Counted from the first letter of the stretch, positions 40,697 through 51,465 are shown. The stretch is DNA of 64,000 nucleotides from Henriciella sp. (GCA_046290585.1 JBKAGY010000001.1:2212686-2276685), one strand, 5' to 3'. The notes: a model not told the origin generated them from the sequence alone. Translations and numbers: made by a program.

Positions 40697-41343
40697 ACTT
40701 TTACGCCGCCTTTTTCCGCGTCTGCCAGGAAGGCTGCGAGGCCTTTATCGGTTAGCGGGTGATTGGCGAGGCCCTTGAGCACATTTGGCGGCACGGTCGC
40801 GACATCGGCGCCCGCCAAAGCGGAGAGTTTGACATGGTTCGCGCTGCGAATAGAGGCGGCGAGAATTTCGGTCTCGAACATGTAATTGTCATAGATGACG
40901 CGAATTTCTTCGATCAGCTCCATGCCATCAATATTGATATCGTCGAGACGCCCGATGAAGGGTGAGATATAAGTCGCGCCGGCTTTCGCTGCGAGCAGAG
41001 CCTGATTGGCGGAGAAGCAGAGCGTGACATTTACCGCCGTGCCCATATTGGCGAGCTCACGGCAGGCCCGCAGACCATCCATAGTGAGCGGCAATTTCAC
41101 AGCAACATTCTCGGCAATCGCTTGAAGTTTCTTGCCTTCCGCGACCATCTCCTGCCATTCGGTGGCGACCACTTCAGCGCTGACATGGCCGTTTGTCAGG
41201 TCACAAATCTCGGCGATGACTTCTTTGAAATCGCGGCCAGATTTTGTGATCAGGGACGGATTGGTTGTGACGCCATCGATCAGGCCCGTGGCCGCCAGCT
41301 CCTTAATCTCAGTCGTGTCTGCGGTATCGACGAAGAATTTCAT
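40693..41343 (-). CDS. tal: Transaldolase (FSA/TalC-type, class 3)
   Basis: [42 protein letters not shown]. Confidence 0.93.
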   Translation of the reverse strand: MKFFVDTADTTEIKELAATGLIDGVTTNPSLITKSGRDFKEVIAEICDLTNGHVSAEVVATEWQEMVAEGKKLQAIAENVAVKLPLTMDGLRACRELANMGTAVNVTLCFSANQALLAAKAGATYISPFIGRLDDINIDGMELIEEIRVIYDNYMFETEILAASIRSANHVKLSALAGADVATVPPNVLKGLANHPLTDKGLAAFLADAEKGGVKV

Positions 41344-41370
41344 AGCTCAGCCTCCAAAGCCTCTTAGCAA

Positions 41371-42678
41371 TTAGTCAGGGCGTCCGATTGAGGTGTATGA
41401 GAACCCGCGTTTGGACATGTCTTCAGGTGCGTAAATGTTGCGCAAGTCGACAACAACATCGCCGTTCAAGGATGCCTTGATTCGCGCTAAATCCAGCGCC
41501 CGGAACTGATCCCATTCGGTTAGGATCACCATCGCATCGGCGCCATCGACCGCAGCATAAGCATTGTCGGCATAGTCGATACCATCCAGCAAGTGTTTGG
41601 CCTCTTCCATCGCTTCTGGATCGAAAGCTTTGATCTTGGCGCCCGCCTCGACCAGTGCTGGAATAATATCCAGGCTTGGCGCGTCGCGCATATCATCAGT
41701 GTTCTGCTTAAAGGCGAGGCCCAACACGCCGATCGTTTTCCCGGAAACATCGCCGCCCATGGCTTTGATGATTTTGCCCGCCATGGCTTTTTTCCGCGAA
41801 GCGTTGACCTCAACCACCGTGTCGACAATGCGGACGGGCGAGTTGTGATCGTTCGCCGTCTTGGTCAAAGCCAGCGTGTCTTTCGGGAAGCAAGAGCCGC
41901 CATAGCCGGGGCCTGCATTCAAGAATTTTTTACCAATCCGCCCATCGAGACCGATGCCGCGCGAGACTTCTTGGACATTGGCGCCAACCGCTTCGCACAG
42001 ATCCGCCATTTCATTGATGAAAGTGATCTTCACAGCCAGGAACGCATTCGCCGCATATTTGATCAGTTCAGAGGTCCGGCGCGCGGTAAACACGATCGGG
42101 GTCTGATTGAGGAAGAGCGGACGATAGAGCTCTTCCATCACTTCTTTGGCGCGATCGTCTTCAGTGCCGACCACGACGCGATCAGGGATCTTAAAGTCTT
42201 TGATCGCCGCGCCTTCGCGCAAGAATTCTGGGTTAGAGACAACAGCGAAATCGGCATTGGGGTTTTTCTTACGGATAATTTCTTCGACTTCGTCGCCGGT
42301 GCCGACAGGAACTGTAGATTTGGTCACAACAACCGTGAATCCAGTCATCAGCTCAGCAATCTCTTCGGCGGCGGCATAGACATAAGACAAGTCCGCATGG
42401 CCATCGCCGCGACGTGACGGCGTGCCCACCGCGATAAAGACAGCATCCGCATCGGCGATCGCGTCTTTGGCTTCGGTGGTGAAGAAGAGACGTTCTTCTT
42501 TGACGTTGCTTTCAACCAGATCATCGAGACCCGGCTCATAAATCGGCATAATGTTTTGATGCAAACGGTCGATCTTGCTGGCATCCTTATCGACGCACGT
42601 CACAACGTGTCCGAAATCAGCAAAACAGGCCCCACTTACCAGGCCGACATAGCCCGTCCCGATCATCGCTACACGCAT
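41371..42678 (-). CDS. ugd: UDP-glucose 6-dehydrogenase
   Basis: IGTGYVGL, KSTVPVG, NPEFLREG, GYGGSCFPKD. Confidence 0.96.
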   Translation of the reverse strand: MRVAMIGTGYVGLVSGACFADFGHVVTCVDKDASKIDRLHQNIMPIYEPGLDDLVESNVKEERLFFTTEAKDAIADADAVFIAVGTPSRRGDGHADLSYVYAAAEEIAELMTGFTVVVTKSTVPVGTGDEVEEIIRKKNPNADFAVVSNPEFLREGAAIKDFKIPDRVVVGTEDDRAKEVMEELYRPLFLNQTPIVFTARRTSELIKYAANAFLAVKITFINEMADLCEAVGANVQEVSRGIGLDGRIGKKFLNAGPGYGGSCFPKDTLALTKTANDHNSPVRIVDTVVEVNASRKKAMAGKIIKAMGGDVSGKTIGVLGLAFKQNTDDMRDAPSLDIIPALVEAGAKIKAFDPEAMEEAKHLLDGIDYADNAYAAVDGADAMVILTEWDQFRALDLARIKASLNGDVVVDLRNIYAPEDMSKRGFSYTSIGRPD

Positions 42679-42766
42679 ACTAAACCCTCACAATTTGTGC
42701 CGACTCGCGCTCAGCCGGACAGGTGCATTTTTTGACTGACGCGGTCAAGCCTAGCCGTCAGCCTGG

Positions 42767-43723
42767 TTAGAGTTGAAAAACTTTTCGAGGTTGGAACCGT
42801 CCGGCCCGAACTTCGCCTAAGGCAACGGCTTGTTGATCCGTCATTGCGAGCGCCAAGCGATCATCAGACTCGAGATCGGCTTCGGCACGCCATTGTTCAA
42901 TAATGTGCGGCAGCAGCACCACTTCGCGCCCTAGCTTCAGCGCATCGGCATCGCCGCGATCAATCTCAATCTTCGGTATATCATCCAAGATTGTCTCGAG
43001 CGGTTTCAGCGTCGCGATCAGCGCCTCTTTGTCTTCGGCCAGGGCTTCGAGGTCTGCGAGTTTAATACTGGACGGTTCGTCTAAAGCGCCAACCCGGGTA
43101 CGGCGCAGCGCGCTGACATGGCCTTCGGTGCCTAACATGGCGGCAAGATCGCGGGCCATGGCGCGCACATAAAACCCTTTGCCCGAAACGACCCGCAGCG
43201 TCGCATGATCCGGATCAGGAGTGTCGACGAGCTCGGCTTCATAGACGGTGACTTGCCGGGACGGGATCTCAAACTCTTCACCGTCGCGCACCAAATCATA
43301 AGCGCGTGCGCCTTGGATTTTGATGGCGGAGTATTTTGGCGGTACTTGCTCGATGTCGCCGACAAAGCTCGGCAATGCCGCCTCGATCTGGTCGCGACTT
43401 GGACGAACATCAGACGAGGCAATGACCTCGCCTTCTTTGTCTTGGCTGGCGGTTGAGGTGCCCCACTCAATCGTGAAGACGTATTCCTTATCGCAATCCA
43501 TCGCCCATTGGGCCGTCTTGGTCGCTTCCCCGAATGCAATCGGTAGAATGCCATCGGCAAGCGGATCAAGCGTACCGCCATGACCAGCCTTTTGGGCATT
43601 ATAGAGGCGTTTTAAAATGCCGACGACTTGCGTTGATGTGACCTCTACAGGCTTATCAATCGCGAGCCAGCCATGCACTGGATCGCCTTTACGTTTTCTT
43701 TGGCGTCCCATCAGGGTCTCCAC
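42767..43723 (-). CDS. truB: tRNA pseudouridine(55) synthase
   Basis: KAGHGGTLDPLADG, QVPPKYSAIK, GFYVRAMARDL. Confidence 0.96.
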   Translation of the reverse strand: METLMGRQRKRKGDPVHGWLAIDKPVEVTSTQVVGILKRLYNAQKAGHGGTLDPLADGILPIAFGEATKTAQWAMDCDKEYVFTIEWGTSTASQDKEGEVIASSDVRPSRDQIEAALPSFVGDIEQVPPKYSAIKIQGARAYDLVRDGEEFEIPSRQVTVYEAELVDTPDPDHATLRVVSGKGFYVRAMARDLAAMLGTEGHVSALRRTRVGALDEPSSIKLADLEALAEDKEALIATLKPLETILDDIPKIEIDRGDADALKLGREVVLLPHIIEQWRAEADLESDDRLALAMTDQQAVALGEVRAGRFQPRKVFQL

Positions 43724-43750
43724 GCATTCTAGCTGCGGAAAGGGGCGTTC

Positions 43751-44428
43751 TTAGTCTTTGAACGCGCTGAAGACGTCGTCAGCGGACGGCTCGTCTGCGG
43801 CAGGTGCAACCGGCTCGCTGAAATCGACCGTTTGCTCAACCTCGTCCGCAGGTGCGAGACCTGGACCTTCCTCTTGCGCCGCGCGCTCAGCATCCATTTT
43901 CTTGCGCCGGCTCGAGGCTTTCATGATCACTTCGTCCAGCTCGATTTGAGAGCAGAGGCCAAGCGTCACCGGGTCGACCGGCTTGATGTTCTGGCTGTTC
44001 CAATGGGTCTTGTCGCGCACATTGGTGATCGTCGCTTTGGTCGTTCCGATCAGTTTCGAGATTTGCGGATCGGTCACCTCAGGGTGATTGCGGATGAACC
44101 AAGCGATGGCGTCTGGCTTATCGCCGCGGCGGGCGACTGGCGTGTAACGCGCGCCTTTACGCTTTGGTTGCGGGATATGAGCAATCTTAGAAGGCGCTGT
44201 TTTCAGACGGTAATCAGGATCTTCTTCGCCCTTTTGGATTTCTTCGCGGGTGAGCTCGCCGCCAGAGATGGGATCAACACCGCGCATATTTTCAGCGACA
44301 TCGCCGTCGGCAATGCCTTTGACCTCAAGGTGGTGCAGACCGCAGAGATCAGCAATCTGATCAAAGGTCAGTGTAGTATTGTCGATCAACCAGACCGCGG
44401 TTGCCTTGGGCATCAAAATATCGGCCAT
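43751..44428 (-). CDS. trcR: DUF1013 protein (TrcR-like cell-cycle transcription factor)
   Basis: LMPKATAVWLIDNT, RYTPVARRGDKPDAIAWF, HWNSQNIKPVDPVTLGLC. Confidence 0.9.
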   Translation of the reverse strand: MADILMPKATAVWLIDNTTLTFDQIADLCGLHHLEVKGIADGDVAENMRGVDPISGGELTREEIQKGEEDPDYRLKTAPSKIAHIPQPKRKGARYTPVARRGDKPDAIAWFIRNHPEVTDPQISKLIGTTKATITNVRDKTHWNSQNIKPVDPVTLGLCSQIELDEVIMKASSRRKKMDAERAAQEEGPGLAPADEVEQTVDFSEPVAPAADEPSADDVFSAFKD

Positions 44429-44461
44429 GGAAAGCTCCTTGAAATGGGCGCCAGAAATGCA

Positions 44462-44489
44462 GCCGCCCGAGACTCGGGTCTCGGGCGGT
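44462..44489 (-). promoter_or_regulatory. Strong hairpin in the DUF1013 gene leader
   Basis: CCGCCCGAGAC-TCGG-GTCTCGGGCGG, 11-bp perfect stem. Confidence 0.6.
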
Positions 44490-44591
44490 CAGGTTTCAGG
44501 CGAGAAATTACCTAACCCTCTGCCTATAGCGGGATACGGACGATTTTGAAACCCTAACTCTGCTGCGATTCGTCAATTCTGCTGGTGCGCC

Positions 44592-45575
44592 CTAGCTGTT
44601 CTGGCGCGACAGCAAGATTTTTCCGATATGACCGCCTTTCGCCATATGCGCTTGCGCCGCTTCGGCTTGATCGAAAGGGTAGGTTGTATCGATCACGGGC
44701 TTGATCCCGCCGGTCAGCACAGCGGGCCAGAAACCCGCCAGGATCGCATCACGGATGCGCTGCTTATCCGCATTCGGGCGCGCGCGCAGCGTGGTTCCCG
44801 TGAGAACGAGCCGTTTCAACATAAGCGGCATCAAGTTCACTTGCACCTGGGAGCCTTGCATATAGGCGATATTGACGATCCGCCCGCCAACCTTGGCTGC
44901 GGAGATATTCTTCTGAACATAATCGCCGCCAACCATATCCAGGATGATATCGGCGCCGCCAGCATCCCGCACTACCTGCTCAAAGTCTTCGTCGCGATAA
45001 TTGATCGCGATATCGGCGCCGAGCGCTTTGGCTCTCTCGCATTTTTCAGCGCTGCCCGCGGTGATCATGATCTTCGAAGCGCCGGCGGTTTTCAGCATTT
45101 GGATCGCCATCGTGCCGATGCCGCTGGTGCCGCCGTGGATCAGGACCGCTTCACCGGATTTGAACTGGCAGCGGTCGAAAATATTCGCCCAAACCGTCAT
45201 CATCACTTCTGGAAGGGCTCCGGCTTCGTCAAAGCTCATGCCGTCTGGGATCTTGAACAAAGAGCCTTGGTCGACGATTGCGAATTCCGCATAGCCGCCG
45301 CCGGCCATCAACCCGCAGACGCGGTCGCCAATCGACCAGCTCGAAACATCTGATCCAATCGCGACGATCGTGCCAGCACATTCCAGCCCCATAATCTCTG
45401 ATGCGCCGGGTGGCGGCGGATACAGCCCGCGTCTTTGGACCAGATCGGCCCGATTCAATCCGGCGGTGACAATTTCGACCAAAACATCATTCGGGCCGCA
45501 ACTGGGCTTTTCAACGTCGCCCAGCTTGAGCGGTTGATCCTCTTCAACCACCACAGCCCACATCTTCTCGCCCAT
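44592..45575 (-). CDS. NAD(P)H-quinone oxidoreductase, PIG3 family
   Basis: GLNRADL, YPPPPGAS, GGGYAE, IHGGTSGIGT, GTTLRAR. Confidence 0.92.
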   Translation of the reverse strand: MGEKMWAVVVEEDQPLKLGDVEKPSCGPNDVLVEIVTAGLNRADLVQRRGLYPPPPGASEIMGLECAGTIVAIGSDVSSWSIGDRVCGLMAGGGYAEFAIVDQGSLFKIPDGMSFDEAGALPEVMMTVWANIFDRCQFKSGEAVLIHGGTSGIGTMAIQMLKTAGASKIMITAGSAEKCERAKALGADIAINYRDEDFEQVVRDAGGADIILDMVGGDYVQKNISAAKVGGRIVNIAYMQGSQVQVNLMPLMLKRLVLTGTTLRARPNADKQRIRDAILAGFWPAVLTGGIKPVIDTTYPFDQAEAAQAHMAKGGHIGKILLSRQNS

Positions 45576-45646
45576 TTGACACTCCTGTTTGTTTTCGTCT
45601 TCTTGCCTACATAGAGGTGAGCCAACCAAGTGGGAAAGAGCAAACC

Positions 45647-45823
45647 ATGTTTGAAGATGAGCCAATCCCAGAAAAGAAACTCGATTTAGAGCGTCTTTCT
45701 GTCGAAGAATTACAAGAGCGGATCGAGGAATTGCAGGCCGAAATCGCTGCCTGCGAAGCCGAACTCAATAAAAAGCAGTCACATAAATCTGCAGCTGATG
45801 CGCTTTTTGGCGCGAGTGATTAA
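45647..45823 (+). CDS. DUF1192 small coiled-coil protein
   Basis: DLERLSVEELQERI...KSAADALF; upstream of rcdA as in other alphas. Confidence 0.88.
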   Translation: MFEDEPIPEKKLDLERLSVEELQERIEELQAEIAACEAELNKKQSHKSAADALFGASD

Positions 45824-45888
45824 GGTCTTCTAAGGAAGCGCCGGGGTAGAGTCCGCGCGTATGTGTCATTTCTGGAAGTTGCTTGAGC

Positions 45889-46434
45889 ATGGTTGATCAA
45901 TCAAAGTCTCCGCCGTCAGAGCTCACTGATCTGTCTTTCACGGATGGAAAAGTGTTTGAAAAAGTCTTTGTCGACGGCATGGCTTTGGTCGAGGAAACCG
46001 CGTCTTACCTGGACGGTCCGGGCCGCAAACTATCATCGACTTTGCCGCGTGAGGCCAGCCTCACCTATGCCGCTTGGAGTATGGAACTGACTACGCGCCT
46101 AATGCAGGCGGCGAGTTGGCTGGTCATGCAGAAGGCTGTTCGGGATGGGGATATGCATCCGAATGATGCGATGCAGACCAAATATCGAATCAGCCGTGAA
46201 GACCCTGCTCTAGACGCCAGTGCCCAGCGCGGCCGCGGACTTCCTGATGTGTTCCTCGACCTGGTTGAACGGTCTGAGAACCTGTTTGAGCGGATTTGCC
46301 GCCTCGATCAGGCCTTGTATGGGCGCGGCGTGCTGGAAAGCGGCAGCCCGGTTGGAGACCAGCTGGCACAATTGCAGAAAGCGGCTGAGACCGGCGCCTT
46401 CGATCCACTCCGCGTTTGGGGCAAAGCCCGCTAG
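45889..46434 (+). CDS. rcdA: Regulator of CtrA degradation RcdA (DUF1465)
   Basis: GMALVEETASYLDGPGR, SMELTTRLMQAASWLVMQKAVRDGDM. Confidence 0.9.
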   Translation: MVDQSKSPPSELTDLSFTDGKVFEKVFVDGMALVEETASYLDGPGRKLSSTLPREASLTYAAWSMELTTRLMQAASWLVMQKAVRDGDMHPNDAMQTKYRISREDPALDASAQRGRGLPDVFLDLVERSENLFERICRLDQALYGRGVLESGSPVGDQLAQLQKAAETGAFDPLRVWGKAR

Positions 46435-46889
46435 CGCCGCAGCGAAACCCGCGTCTGCGACATTGGCGTTTCACGCCCATCTTCATCCACAAAAGCAGGC
46501 CGGACTTTTTGGCGGCTTTTGGCGTGCGTAAATGTGATCGGTGGGACAGCGCCATCGCTGGCAAACTCGTCACCCCATTGGGTGAGCGCCATGAGCACCG
46601 GCCGCAAGCCTTCGCCCGCTTCTGTCAAAACATATTCCGGACGGGCGCGTTTGCCGTCTTCCTTATAAGCGCGTTTTTCGAGCACGCCATTGTCCACGAG
46701 TTTAGATAAACGGCCCGATAGTACGGTCCGCGGAATGCCCAATTCCTTTTGAAAATCGTCGAAACGGCGCACGCCAAAAAGAGAGGCTCGTAAGATGAGC
46801 AATGTCCATCGATCGCCAATCATTTCGATGGCTTTCGCCAAATGGCAGGCGTCGAGCGGGACAGGAGATTTTCGCGCACGAGGTATCAT
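46431..46889 (-). CDS. HxlR-family transcriptional regulator
   Basis: IGDRWTLLILR, RRFDDFQ, LSGRL, EYVLT. Confidence 0.92.
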   Translation of the reverse strand: MIPRARKSPVPLDACHLAKAIEMIGDRWTLLILRASLFGVRRFDDFQKELGIPRTVLSGRLSKLVDNGVLEKRAYKEDGKRARPEYVLTEAGEGLRPVLMALTQWGDEFASDGAVPPITFTHAKSRQKVRPAFVDEDGRETPMSQTRVSLRR

Positions 46890-47013
46890 TAGCCCTCTGT
46901 TGTCCGATTTCGCGCTTCAAATCCAGCCCAAAATTTGCCCCTGCGACCAAGGTTACATTGCGCGAGTGACTTGGCTCGGCTAGGGGAAGCGCCAAATGGT
47001 TCAATTTCTATAG

Positions 47014-47988
<975 letters not shown>

Positions 47989-48012
47989 GCTTGACCTGAA
48001 ATCAAATTGCAG

Positions 48013-48045
48013 AAACCCTTCGCTGTCTTCAGCGGAGGGTTTTTT
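48013..48045 (+). terminator. Intrinsic terminator after mdh
   Basis: AAACCCTTCGCTG-TCTT-CAGCGGAGGGTTTTTT. Confidence 0.85.
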
Positions 48046-48046
48046 A

Positions 48047-48589
48047 GTGCGCGAAGGACCAATTCTCGAAACAGATCGCCTCATACTGAGGCCGCCTCAA
48101 AAGGAAGACTTTGACCCTTGGGTGGCCTTCCACGCCGATGCGGACGTGATGAAATATTTAGGCGGCGTACAAGGCCCGGAGCTCACCTGGCGTTCTGTGT
48201 GTGCGATGACTGGGGCTTGGACGATTGAAGGGTTTTCGATGTTCTCGATCATCGAAAAAGCCACAGGCAATTGGATTGGACGGCTCGGTCCTTGGCGCCC
48301 GAACGGCTGGCCAGGTACTGAAATTGGTTGGGGGCTCGCGCGATCCGCTTGGGGAAATGGTTATGCGACCGAAGGCGCGACGGCGGCGATGGACTATGCG
48401 GTCGATCATCTTGGCTGGACCGAAATCATTCATACAATCTTGCCCGAAAACACCGGATCGGTTCGTGTCGCCGAGAGACTCGGCAGCCGATATTTACGAA
48501 AAGCGCCGACTCCGCCGCCTTTCGAAGGCATGATGTGGGATGTCTATGGCCAAAGCGCGGATGAGTGGCGCGCCCGCCGACAGGCCTAA
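48047..48589 (+). CDS. GNAT acetyltransferase (RimJ/RimL family)
   Basis: LETDRLILRP, EIGWGL, WGNGYATE. Confidence 0.9.
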   Translation: MREGPILETDRLILRPPQKEDFDPWVAFHADADVMKYLGGVQGPELTWRSVCAMTGAWTIEGFSMFSIIEKATGNWIGRLGPWRPNGWPGTEIGWGLARSAWGNGYATEGATAAMDYAVDHLGWTEIIHTILPENTGSVRVAERLGSRYLRKAPTPPPFEGMMWDVYGQSADEWRARRQA

Positions 48590-48697
48590 TTCCTAGACCA
48601 GGTCACACATGCATCACACCGCTGTGAGCCCCCTATCCACGGGCGCGTTGGCCCTGTAAGGACAACGGCAAGATGGACTAAAAGGAGGGTCGCTTTG

Positions 48698-49291
48698 ATG
48701 TTTCGATCTTTAATCGCAGCGTCGGCACTCATGATGACAGGGGCTGCCGCATTTGCGGATAATACCGGCGTCGAGACCAGCAACATGATTTGCGTCGAAG
48801 CTGGCACAACAGCCCCAACCGTGGCAGCGGTGACGGCGGCGGGCGATGCTGTCGATCTCGCGACGATCACGGGCGAAAACGGCGCGGTGTTGGTGTTCAG
48901 CCGCTCGCTCGATTGGTGCCCTTATTGCAAAGCCCAAGCTTTGGAGCTTGAAACCGTGAAGGCGGATCTCGAAGCGGTTGGCTGGTCTTTGAACCTGATC
49001 ACTTATGACGCGCCAGAAACGCTAGCAGAATTCGCAGCCGATAAATCGCTGTCCTACACCTTCCTGTCTGACACAGGATCGGCGACGATTGATGCATTTG
49101 GTCTGCGCAACACCGACGTTGCGGCTGGCAGCCGTTTCGATGGCATCCCCCACCCAGCGATTGTCTATATTCGGGCAAATGGCGAAGTGGCCGGGGTCCA
49201 AAAAGAAGAGGGCTACAAAGATCGCCCGCCAACCGAGGGTATTCCGCAATTGGTATCCCTCATCAATCAGGGCGCACCTGTCGCCCCATAA
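48698..49291 (+). CDS. Exported peroxiredoxin/redoxin-like protein
   Basis: Signal peptide; DWCPYC, ITYD, FLSD, GIPHPA. Confidence 0.85.
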   Translation: MFRSLIAASALMMTGAAAFADNTGVETSNMICVEAGTTAPTVAAVTAAGDAVDLATITGENGAVLVFSRSLDWCPYCKAQALELETVKADLEAVGWSLNLITYDAPETLAEFAADKSLSYTFLSDTGSATIDAFGLRNTDVAAGSRFDGIPHPAIVYIRANGEVAGVQKEEGYKDRPPTEGIPQLVSLINQGAPVAP

Positions 49292-49339
49292 TTATACGAT
49301 AATGGCATAACAGAATGCCGAAAATGAGCTCTGTCCGGT

Positions 49340-49537
49340 TGCGGGCCAAAGACCCACCTTGTTTGCGTTGCAAATAATGGAGGCATCTTTGGCCCGCACG
49401 CTTTTACACTTAGACGCATCTGCCCGGTCTGAAGGATCGGTCAGCCGCACTCGCGGCCTAATCTGACGCGCCTATTAACTCTGGACGCTGTTGCAAATCC
49501 AATTAATCTCTCCCTCAAGACTTGGGAGAGATTAACG
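49340..49537 (+). promoter_or_regulatory. Candidate structured 5' leader of the M28 peptidase gene
   Basis: 13-bp stem 49340-49352/49386-49398, two small stems, and 12-bp stem 49503-49514/49524-49535 covering the SD. Confidence 0.5.
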
Positions 49538-50959
49538 ATGATCAAACGCATGATTGCGGCGAGTGTAGCAACTTGCGCCTTGCCACTTACCGGAATGGCG
49601 CAAGAAGCTGCGGAGCTGTCTCCCGAGATCGCCGAGACAGTTGGCTTCCTTATCGAACAAGCCGAATTTGACGATGTCGGCCTGGCCTTTGTCGAAGATC
49701 TGACCACTGAAGTTGGTCAGCGTTTGGCCGGGTCAGACGCCGAGGCGCGTGCCCGCGATTGGGCAGTCGCTGAGCTGACCGAGTTGCAGTTTGACCAAGT
49801 CCGGATCGAACCTTTTGAGATCCCATTTTGGTCGCGAAAATCAGAATCAGTCGCGGTCCTCTCACCCAGCCCCCAACCTTTGGTCGCGACCGCGCTCGGC
49901 GGATCTGCGGCAACTCCGAAAGGTGGGGTCGCGGGACAAGTCGTGCGCTTCGAAAGCCTTGCAGATTTGCAATCGGCTCCGATCTCAAAAGTCGATGGCA
50001 AAATCGTCTTCATTGACGAGACGATGATCAAATCCATGGATGGTTCTGGCTATGGCATGGCGGTGCGCAAACGCAGCCAATGTGCAGAAGCCGCCTCTAG
50101 CAAAGGCGCGCTTGCTTGCTTGATCCGCTCAGTAGGAACCCAGCCCCATCGCATGCCCCATACCGGCATCATGGCGCGCGACGGGGCGGAAGGCGCAGGG
50201 CCGGTTGCTGCGGTCTCGGGTCCAGATGCAGATCAGCTGACCCGCCTTTTGGAACGCGGCCCGGTGACGGTGTCTGTGAACATCCAAACCGAGATTAAAA
50301 CCAATGCCCCCTCCGGCAATGTCATTGCAGAGATAACCGGAACCGATCTTGCCGATGAGATCGTATTGATCGGATGTCATTTAGACAGTTGGGATCTAGG
50401 CACTGGCGCGCTGGATGATGGCGCAGGCTGCGGCATTGTCGTTGGTGCGGCCATGTTGATCGCGGACCTGCCTGAGCGTCCTCGGCGGACCATTCGCGTT
50501 GTGCTCTATGGCGCCGAAGAGGTCGGCCTGTTCGGCGCGACGGCGTATGCACGTGAGCATGGCGATGATCTCGATAAACATATCTTGGCAGCAGAAAGCG
50601 ATTTCGGCGCGGGGCCTATCTGGCGCTTTCAAACGCGCTTTGGCGAGGCGGCGTTGCCCTATGCGCGCACGCTTCAAAACTTGCTGATGCCGCTGGGCGT
50701 GACACCAGGCGACAATCGCGCCTCTGGCGGACCAGATATTGGCATCTTGGCGCGCGCTGGGGTTCCCGTTGTCACGCCCGGTCAGAACGGGATGGACTAT
50801 TTCGACTATCACCACACACCGGATGATACGTTTGACAAGATTGACCCGGCTGAGTTTCGCCAGAACGTCGCGGTCTATGCCGCCTTTACCTATATCGCGG
50901 CTGAAACCGGCTGGGACTTCCGCAAACAGCCCGAGCTCGAGGCGTCTGGCACCGAATGA
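49538..50959 (+). CDS. Secreted M28 family metallopeptidase (carboxypeptidase Q-like, PA domain)
   Basis: GQRLAGS, IGCHLDSWDLGTGALDDGAG, GAEEVGL, ESDFG, YHHT. Confidence 0.93.
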   Translation: MIKRMIAASVATCALPLTGMAQEAAELSPEIAETVGFLIEQAEFDDVGLAFVEDLTTEVGQRLAGSDAEARARDWAVAELTELQFDQVRIEPFEIPFWSRKSESVAVLSPSPQPLVATALGGSAATPKGGVAGQVVRFESLADLQSAPISKVDGKIVFIDETMIKSMDGSGYGMAVRKRSQCAEAASSKGALACLIRSVGTQPHRMPHTGIMARDGAEGAGPVAAVSGPDADQLTRLLERGPVTVSVNIQTEIKTNAPSGNVIAEITGTDLADEIVLIGCHLDSWDLGTGALDDGAGCGIVVGAAMLIADLPERPRRTIRVVLYGAEEVGLFGATAYAREHGDDLDKHILAAESDFGAGPIWRFQTRFGEAALPYARTLQNLLMPLGVTPGDNRASGGPDIGILARAGVPVVTPGQNGMDYFDYHHTPDDTFDKIDPAEFRQNVAVYAAFTYIAAETGWDFRKQPELEASGTE

Positions 50960-51465
50960 CCCCAGAAACCGCGCTTTGTGAGACGGTCGAGTTCACGGCG
51001 CAGCGGCTCGAACTCTATGTAACGCAGCAGGTCGAGGACCCGTGGATGGTCACGGGCGGAGTTTTGATGGCACAACAAGCCGCTGCGATCGCTTTGCGCG
51101 CGGCGGGCGACTCTATTCCAGGCCAAGCGGGCGCGACCGAGCTTCTATTGCGCGCGGCGTCGAAAGATCGATTGCCAGCGCCGTTTACGCTGCCCTTTGG
51201 CATGGCAGCGCGGCAGAGTTTTGATCGGCTGGTTGAGGCGCGGAACAATTTTATGCATCCGCGCGGCGCGTTGTGGCATCTCAGTCAAGATACATTGGTG
51301 CGCGGCTTACCGATCGCGGCGCGCGTGGTTCGGCATTTGATCTTAACCCAGCCGGTCTTGGATGATCTAGTCACCCCCGCGCAACAAGCCCAGCTCAAGA
51401 CTGCGCTCGGCGATATCGAAACCGGGGCGGAGTTTTTGCAGAGCGCCGACGAAGCAGCCCAATAA
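50956..51465 (+). CDS. Hypothetical helical protein with RNxxxH (HEPN-like) motif
   Basis: ATGA overlap with upstream gene; RNNFMH at 51241-51258. Confidence 0.7.
   Translation: MTPETALCETVEFTAQRLELYVTQQVEDPWMVTGGVLMAQQAAAIALRAAGDSIPGQAGATELLLRAASKDRLPAPFTLPFGMAARQSFDRLVEARNNFMHPRGALWHLSQDTLVRGLPIAARVVRHLILTQPVLDDLVTPAQQAQLKTALGDIETGAEFLQSADEAAQ

Noticed and set aside
48698-49291. Selenoprotein-type redoxin
   Set aside because: The motif is CPYC with ordinary Cys codons and there is no in-frame TGA
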